Below, piece after piece: positions 58,305-64,000 of a stretch of 64,000 bases of DNA. Under the pieces are notes generated by a model. The model saw nothing but the letters and a program-made list of their open reading frames with translations, had not been told where the DNA came from and searched no databases. The stretch is from a bacterium (GTDB lineage Bacteria > Electryoneota > Electryoneia > Electryoneales > Electryoneaceae), in the NCBI GenBank assembly GCA_963669175.1, contig OY769902.1, positions 1 to 64,000 on the forward strand, in the 5' to 3' direction. Both the position numbers and the translations under genes were made by a program. Within the stretch, counting starts at the first letter, position 1. Every line of letters begins with the position of its first letter.

Positions 58305-59771
58305 TCAGAAGGTCTCGTATTCGTCCATGGAAATACGCTGCACTTCACCGAACTTTTCTACCTGCGGAATGATATCATCAGCAACACCAACCAGCACGAT
58401 CCGGATGTTTTCCGGTTGCAGGTACTTGACTGCTGCCGCATTCACTTCATCCAGGGTCACACTGCCGTAATTCTTACGGAAGTTGGCGATGTAATCTTCC
58501 GGGACGCCCAGTTCATAAAGGATGGTAGTGATGAACTTACCGCCAACCTGTGCCGGTGTTTCAAAGCCCATGACATAGGTGCCGATGATGTACGCCTTGG
58601 CATCGGTCAGCTCATCATTGTTGAAACCTTCTGCACGGACATTATTCATCACACCAAGCATCTCTTCTACCATGAGGCCGGTGTTTTCCGTGCCGGTATA
58701 GGTATCCATGGTATAAGCGCCTTTTTGGCGACGGTAATCGAGCCCGGAATACGCACCATAGGTGAGGCCCAGCTCGTTACGTACCCTCAGCATCAGGTGA
58801 CTGGAGAAGCCGCCGCCGCCGAACAGGTAATTCATCAAGTTGAAAGCGTAGTAGTTCTCATGGTTCATGTTCTTCGGAGCAAGAATATATCCCATGCGAA
58901 TCTGGGTCTGGACTGCGTCCGGCTTGTCAACGACCAGGATCTTGCCGCCCGGCTTTTCCGTCGGATCAGGATGCGCCACTGCCGGAAGGTCATTACCTTT
59001 CCAATCACCGAAATACTTGTTGATAAGTTTATGTGCTTTCTTCGGCTCAATGTCACCGGACACCACCATCACAGCGCCCTTGGGGGTCAACAGCACATTT
59101 TGCAGGTCCACCAGGTCCTGACGTGTAAAACTCTGTACGCTCTCCATGGTTCCGTTCTGGGGAAGACCATAGGGGTGATCCGCGCCGTAGACAAAACGTG
59201 TCCAGACTTTATCCGCGATAGCGCTGGGCTCATCTTTTTCCATCATCAGTCCGCTCATCCACTGCTGACGGGCACGTTCGATTTCTGCTTCCGGGAATGT
59301 GGGATTCATAATCACATCGGCCATGATTTCAAGACCGGTTTCCAGGTCGCGCGTCAACACATCCATGCCCACATTACAGGCATTGTATCCGGAGGAGACG
59401 GACAGGGAACCGCCAATGAAGTCCATTGTGGCCGCAATGTCCTGAGCAGAACGGGTTTCAGTCCCCTGGTCCAGCAGACCGGACATAAAATCAACCAGAC
59501 CGGCCTTGTCCAGCGGACAGTACAGTCCAGCGCCCGGCATGTTTATCTGCACAGAGGCAACCGGCAATTCATGGCTCGGGATGTAATAGACCGTCATGCC
59601 GTTCTTCAGGGACTTCTTTGTAATGTCCGGCAAGGGCATCGGAGACATGTCGATGTGTTGTTTCGCATCGTATGCAGGCACCAGGTCCACATCGCCTTCT
59701 GCCATCGCCCAACCAAATCCACTCAGCAGAATGCCAAGTGAAAGCAGCGCAAGCATGGTCATCCGTTTCAT
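58305..59771 (-). CDS. M16 peptidase family protein, non-catalytic subunit
   Basis: Pitrilysin fold with no HxxEH; GGGFSSHL..VRNELGLTY. Confidence 0.9.
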   Translation of the reverse strand: MKRMTMLALLSLGILLSGFGWAMAEGDVDLVPAYDAKQHIDMSPMPLPDITKKSLKNGMTVYYIPSHELPVASVQINMPGAGLYCPLDKAGLVDFMSGLLDQGTETRSAQDIAATMDFIGGSLSVSSGYNACNVGMDVLTRDLETGLEIMADVIMNPTFPEAEIERARQQWMSGLMMEKDEPSAIADKVWTRFVYGADHPYGLPQNGTMESVQSFTRQDLVDLQNVLLTPKGAVMVVSGDIEPKKAHKLINKYFGDWKGNDLPAVAHPDPTEKPGGKILVVDKPDAVQTQIRMGYILAPKNMNHENYYAFNLMNYLFGGGGFSSHLMLRVRNELGLTYGAYSGLDYRRQKGAYTMDTYTGTENTGLMVEEMLGVMNNVRAEGFNNDELTDAKAYIIGTYVMGFETPAQVGGKFITTILYELGVPEDYIANFRKNYGSVTLDEVNAAAVKYLQPENIRIVLVGVADDIIPQVEKFGEVQRISMDEYETF

Positions 59772-61162
59772 TCTTCACCTCCTGTCATGCTTACATCTAC
59801 CGGTTTCGCTTCGTTGTCCGGTACGACGATGACTACAGTACGATTCAGCGGGGAGAGGTACGTCGCCACGACACGCTGCACATCTTCCGGGGTCACTTCC
59901 GCGTAATCCTTCAACCGTTCGGTGAAGGCGCGCCAGTCGCCATTGTTGGTAACTACTGTCTCACCAATCTGGCTGGCTTTACCACTGACAGTCATCAGGC
60001 TGAACACAAAATCAGCTTCAAGCTGGTTGCGGGCTTTCTGCATTTCAAATTCCGTCGGGCCATTCGCGGCAAGGGAATCGATCACGCCAAAAAGGGAGGC
60101 TTCCGCTTCCTCAATATCACGACCGGGAATTACCCCGATATAGGTGATGAACAGGCCGGGATCCTTCAGAGCAATCATCTGGCCACCGGCGAAAGGCGCT
60201 ACCTGCTGTTCGTAAACACAGGTCTTGTACAGACGTGAAGACTGGCCATCCGCGAGGATCTTCTGCGCGATTTCCAGCGCTGCCATATCTCTATGGGTTG
60301 ACGCCGGAATATGGTAAGAAGCCAGCAGAATCGGCAGTTGAGCCGGACGATGCAGATAGATACGACGTTCGCCCTGCTGCGGCGGTTCCTGGGTGATGAC
60401 TTGCGGCGGCTGGGGCTGGGCTTCCAAATTGCCGTAATACTTCTCGATCAGCTTGATCGCCTTGTCGGAATCAAAATCACCTGCCAGCACGATGGTCGCG
60501 TTGTTCGGCGCATAAAACGTCCGGTAGAACTTGCCCATCCGTTCAAGGTCATACGCCTTCAGGTCGCTCATCCAGCCGATGATCGGCCAGCTATACGGAT
60601 GCGCCATGTAGGAGTTGCTGATCAACTGTTCGAAAGCGCTGCCGAACAGATCGTTGTCAACGCGTACCAGGCGTTCTTCTTCGACAACCGTGTGTTCCGG
60701 TTCAAAGGTCTCCGGGGTAAGTTCGAGATTGACCGAACGCTCCGCTTCAAGATGCACCACCAGCTCGAGCTGATCGGAAGGAATGTTTTCGAAGAACTGG
60801 GTACGATCCCAGGATGTGTTGGCGTTGCAGTAACCGCCATGACGCTTCACCATGTTGTTGTGCTCTTCCGGACCGTACTTCTTTGAGCCACGGAACATCA
60901 TGTGTTCAAACATGTGCGCCATACCGGTCATGCCGGCGTGCTCATCACGGCTGCCAACATGATAGAAAACCTTGTAGCTGACAATCGGTGTGCTGTGATC
61001 TTCCAGCATCAATACTCGCAGCCCGTTGTCCAGGGTATGCTCCTTGACATCGAGCAATTCCGGATTCAATTGAATAGGTTCGGGCGCTTCCGGGGTGTCA
61101 CCCGCCCAACAGACTACCGCCATCAGCAGCAGGACTGCCACGATAAACGAGTTTCTCGCCAT
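59768..61162 (-). CDS. M16 peptidase family protein, catalytic subunit
   Basis: TGMAHMFEHMMFRGS (HxxEH) and NANTSWDRT; AAGGAGG RBS before ATG 61162. Confidence 0.93.
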   Translation of the reverse strand: MARNSFIVAVLLLMAVVCWAGDTPEAPEPIQLNPELLDVKEHTLDNGLRVLMLEDHSTPIVSYKVFYHVGSRDEHAGMTGMAHMFEHMMFRGSKKYGPEEHNNMVKRHGGYCNANTSWDRTQFFENIPSDQLELVVHLEAERSVNLELTPETFEPEHTVVEEERLVRVDNDLFGSAFEQLISNSYMAHPYSWPIIGWMSDLKAYDLERMGKFYRTFYAPNNATIVLAGDFDSDKAIKLIEKYYGNLEAQPQPPQVITQEPPQQGERRIYLHRPAQLPILLASYHIPASTHRDMAALEIAQKILADGQSSRLYKTCVYEQQVAPFAGGQMIALKDPGLFITYIGVIPGRDIEEAEASLFGVIDSLAANGPTEFEMQKARNQLEADFVFSLMTVSGKASQIGETVVTNNGDWRAFTERLKDYAEVTPEDVQRVVATYLSPLNRTVVIVVPDNEAKPVDVSMTGGEE

Positions 61163-61519
61163 CTCTCTGTTCTCCTCCTTCGTCACAAAGACGATTCCGT
61201 TGTTTATCTATAGCTCACATCACTTTCTCTTGAAACATGAAAATATCCCAGTAACCACAGGCTCTCAAGAGCGCAGGCACACTTGTTTCACTTTACTGGA
61301 ATTGGTATGACGTACGAGTATTGAAACACTACTCGAAAAGTAGACGGGGAATTGCTGCAAATCCCGACCACACGGGCAGTGTACGGTCAAGACATTGGAA
61401 AATCTGGAATTTGGAATTTCACTCCACCACGCGCTGTGGAAACTACGATTCTCGGCTGGAACCAGCATTGCAAGTTGGGGTCCAGTTTATGGTTAACACT
61501 ACCTGACTTGAGAATAACG

Positions 61520-61554
61520 AACCGGGACTGATCCACCACGATCTGTCCCGGTTT
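61520..61554. repeat. GGGAC-type hairpin (REP-like/terminator) downstream of lon
   Basis: aaccgggactgatc-caccac-gatctgtcccggtt. Confidence 0.65.
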
Positions 61555-61607
61555 CGTATCTAACCCTATGCACAAATCTTACAACAATTTAGATAATGCT
61601 GTCAGCC

Positions 61608-63968
61608 TCATCCCATCAACGCGATATCGAGCACCTCAGCGATCTCTTTTACCGGGTGGAACTCGATCTGCGCCTGCACATCTTTCGGCACATCTTCCAG
61701 GTCTTTCCGGTTATCCCAGGGGATGATCACATGCTTGATCCGGGCACGATTGGCCGCGACCACCTTTTCACGCAAACCGCCAATCGGTAACACTTTTCCG
61801 GTCAGGGTCACTTCCCCGGTCATGGCGACATCCTTGCGAACCTTCTTGTTCCGGAACAAGGACACCAGGCTGGTCGCCATCGTAACCCCTGCGGAAGGTC
61901 CATCCTTTGGCACCGCCCCTTCGGGAACATGAAGATGTAAATCCTGCTTGTCCAGAACCGGCTTTTTAAGGCCCAGTTCTTTCTGATGTCCCTTGATCCA
62001 GGAGAGTGCAATCTGGGCGGACTCTTTCATAACATCGCCCAACTGCCCGGTCACCTGTATACGTCCACGCCCCGGCGAAAGCGATGTTTCAATCTCCAGC
62101 ACCGTACCGCCGACCGTGGTATACGCCAATCCGGTCGTGACTCCTACCGAGGCTTTGCGTCGCACCCAATGCGGGGTCACCTTGTGAGGACCGATATAAT
62201 CTGCAAGCGTGTCCTGTTTAATGACGGCCTGCCCGTTGTGCTTCCCTTCGGCCACATTCAACGCCACCTTGCGACATACTTTGCCGATGGTGCGTTCGAG
62301 GTTACGAACACCCGCTTCACGAGTGTAAAAAGTGACCATGTCCTCAAGCGCTTTGTCCGTAAAACGGATATACTTCTTCGCTAAGCCATTAACATCAACC
62401 TGACGCGGGACAAGGTAGTTCCTGGCAATCTGAACCTTTTCATCCGGGATATAGCCCGACAAGCGGATGACTTCCATCCTGTCCTTCAGAGGCGGCGGGA
62501 TGTTCCCCTCATAGTTGGCCGTCGTAATGAAGAACACCTTGGACAGGTCAAACTCGACCTCGATATAATGATCTGCAAAGGTGTGGTTCTGCGCCGGGTC
62601 AAGCACCTCCAGCAAAGCCGAAGAGGGATCGCCACGGAAATCGGAAACCAGCTTGTCGATTTCATCCAGCATGAACAGAGGATTGCGAACGCCGACCTTC
62701 TTGATGTTCTGCAGGATGCGTCCCGGCATGGCGCCGACATAGGTGCGTCGATGCCCACGGATCTCCGCCTCGTCACGCACCCCGCCCAACGCCATACGGA
62801 CAAATTCACGTCCCATCGCTCGCGCAATAGACTGCCCAAGGCTGGTTTTGCCAACTCCCGGAGGACCAACCAGGCAGATGATCGGGCCGGGCGCGTCCGG
62901 CTTCAGCTTCTGAACCGCAAGGACTTCGAGAATGCGTTCTTTCACATCCTCCAGCCCGTAATGGTCTTCATCGAGAATACGACGCGCTTCCGCCAGATCC
63001 AGCTTGTCATCGCTCTCCTTGCGCCAGGGTAGGGTAACCAGATAATCGAGGTAGGTTGTAATGACAGAGTATTCGGCGGAAGAGGGATTCATTCTCGCCA
63101 GCCGTTCAATCTCTTTCTTCGCTACTTCGACAACCTCTTCCGGCAAGTCCGCTTCTTCGATTTTTCTGCGCCACTCTTCGGCCTCACCATCGCCGTCTTC
63201 ATCCTCACCCAGTTCCTTCCGAATCATTTTTAACTGCTGACGCAGGTAATATTCACGCTGAGTCTTGGATATCTCTTCTTTTGTTTTGTCCTGCAATGAA
63301 GTCCCGATCCGCAGGATTTCAAGTTCACGATCCAGCAGTTTTCGAACCAATCGCAGACGGTCGGGCACCTTTATCGCTTCAAGTACCGACTGCCGCGCTG
63401 TGTTATCGATGTTGATGTTAGCTGCGATCAGGTCAGCCAGCATCCCCGGATCTTCCACACTGTGAACCGCAGTCCTGAATTCATCCGGGAATTGCGGCGA
63501 CTGTTCGGCAACCTCATCAAAGGATTCTCGAACGGTACGAATCAAGGCTTCCAGGCGTACAGTCTTTCTGGGCTTCGCCTGTTGCATTTCGATTTCACCA
63601 ATCGGATAAGGATCGGTCTGCACCAGTCCTTTCAACCTGAACCGTCCAAGCCCCTGGCCGATGATCCGCATGGTTCCATCTGGCGCTCGCAGCATTTTCA
63701 GGATCATCATTACCGTTCCGACATCGTAGACATCCTTCATGGATTCTACTTTGGCAGAGTTGGGTTGACGCATGATGGCTGCAATCATACGATTTCCGCC
63801 ACCCTGCACGGCATCATTGACCAACTGTATGACCTGGTCATCGTTAATTGCCAGCGGAACGATAATACCCGGGAAAATGACCAGTTCGTTCGAGGTAAAA
63901 AGAGGTAGCTTTTCAGGAATACTCAACTTCCCCGGCGCCACGACTTCAATGTTGTCCAAATCGGCCAT
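61608..63968 (-). CDS. lon: ATP-dependent protease La
   Basis: GPPGVGKTS, DEAEIRGHRRTYVGAMPG, PKDGPSAG and PIGGLREK motifs. Confidence 0.99.
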   Translation of the reverse strand: MADLDNIEVVAPGKLSIPEKLPLFTSNELVIFPGIIVPLAINDDQVIQLVNDAVQGGGNRMIAAIMRQPNSAKVESMKDVYDVGTVMMILKMLRAPDGTMRIIGQGLGRFRLKGLVQTDPYPIGEIEMQQAKPRKTVRLEALIRTVRESFDEVAEQSPQFPDEFRTAVHSVEDPGMLADLIAANINIDNTARQSVLEAIKVPDRLRLVRKLLDRELEILRIGTSLQDKTKEEISKTQREYYLRQQLKMIRKELGEDEDGDGEAEEWRRKIEEADLPEEVVEVAKKEIERLARMNPSSAEYSVITTYLDYLVTLPWRKESDDKLDLAEARRILDEDHYGLEDVKERILEVLAVQKLKPDAPGPIICLVGPPGVGKTSLGQSIARAMGREFVRMALGGVRDEAEIRGHRRTYVGAMPGRILQNIKKVGVRNPLFMLDEIDKLVSDFRGDPSSALLEVLDPAQNHTFADHYIEVEFDLSKVFFITTANYEGNIPPPLKDRMEVIRLSGYIPDEKVQIARNYLVPRQVDVNGLAKKYIRFTDKALEDMVTFYTREAGVRNLERTIGKVCRKVALNVAEGKHNGQAVIKQDTLADYIGPHKVTPHWVRRKASVGVTTGLAYTTVGGTVLEIETSLSPGRGRIQVTGQLGDVMKESAQIALSWIKGHQKELGLKKPVLDKQDLHLHVPEGAVPKDGPSAGVTMATSLVSLFRNKKVRKDVAMTGEVTLTGKVLPIGGLREKVVAANRARIKHVIIPWDNRKDLEDVPKDVQAQIEFHPVKEIAEVLDIALMG

Positions 63969-64000
63969 AGGTTATCCCTGTTGTATGTGTATTCTTCTTT

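Noticed and set aside
58305-61162. M16 peptidase lacking HxxEH as a pseudogene
   Set aside because: Catalytic plus non-catalytic M16B pairs are a well-known arrangement.

Overview
Chromosomal window from a diderm bacterium, probably a non-Bacteroidota FCB-group lineage (inferred from many T9SS/FlgD-type C-terminal sorting domains and split heptose genes rfaE1/rfaE2). Left edge: a compact phage-head operon on the minus strand (scaffold-like protein, head-decoration protein, HK97-type major capsid running off the window). It sits behind a near-consensus sigma70 promoter with a palindromic operator, divergent from an XRE repressor and an ImmA/IrrE peptidase. About ten large secreted proteins carry CTDs, including four tandem LVIVD-repeat genes with near-identical, mosaic 3' ends. 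Also present: polysaccharide genes, a selenocysteine peroxiredoxin split by the ORF track, the ffh-rpsP-khpA-rimM-trmD-rplS cluster, tRNA-Val(CAC), TolQ/R/A-like genes, an M16 peptidase pair and lon. A striking unknown is five tandem ~130-aa secreted paralogs behind a ~500-bp AT-rich island. Intergenic DNA is rich in REP-like hairpins, including six ~92-nt elements with covarying stems and variable interiors. No database search could be run, so family calls rest on motif recognition.
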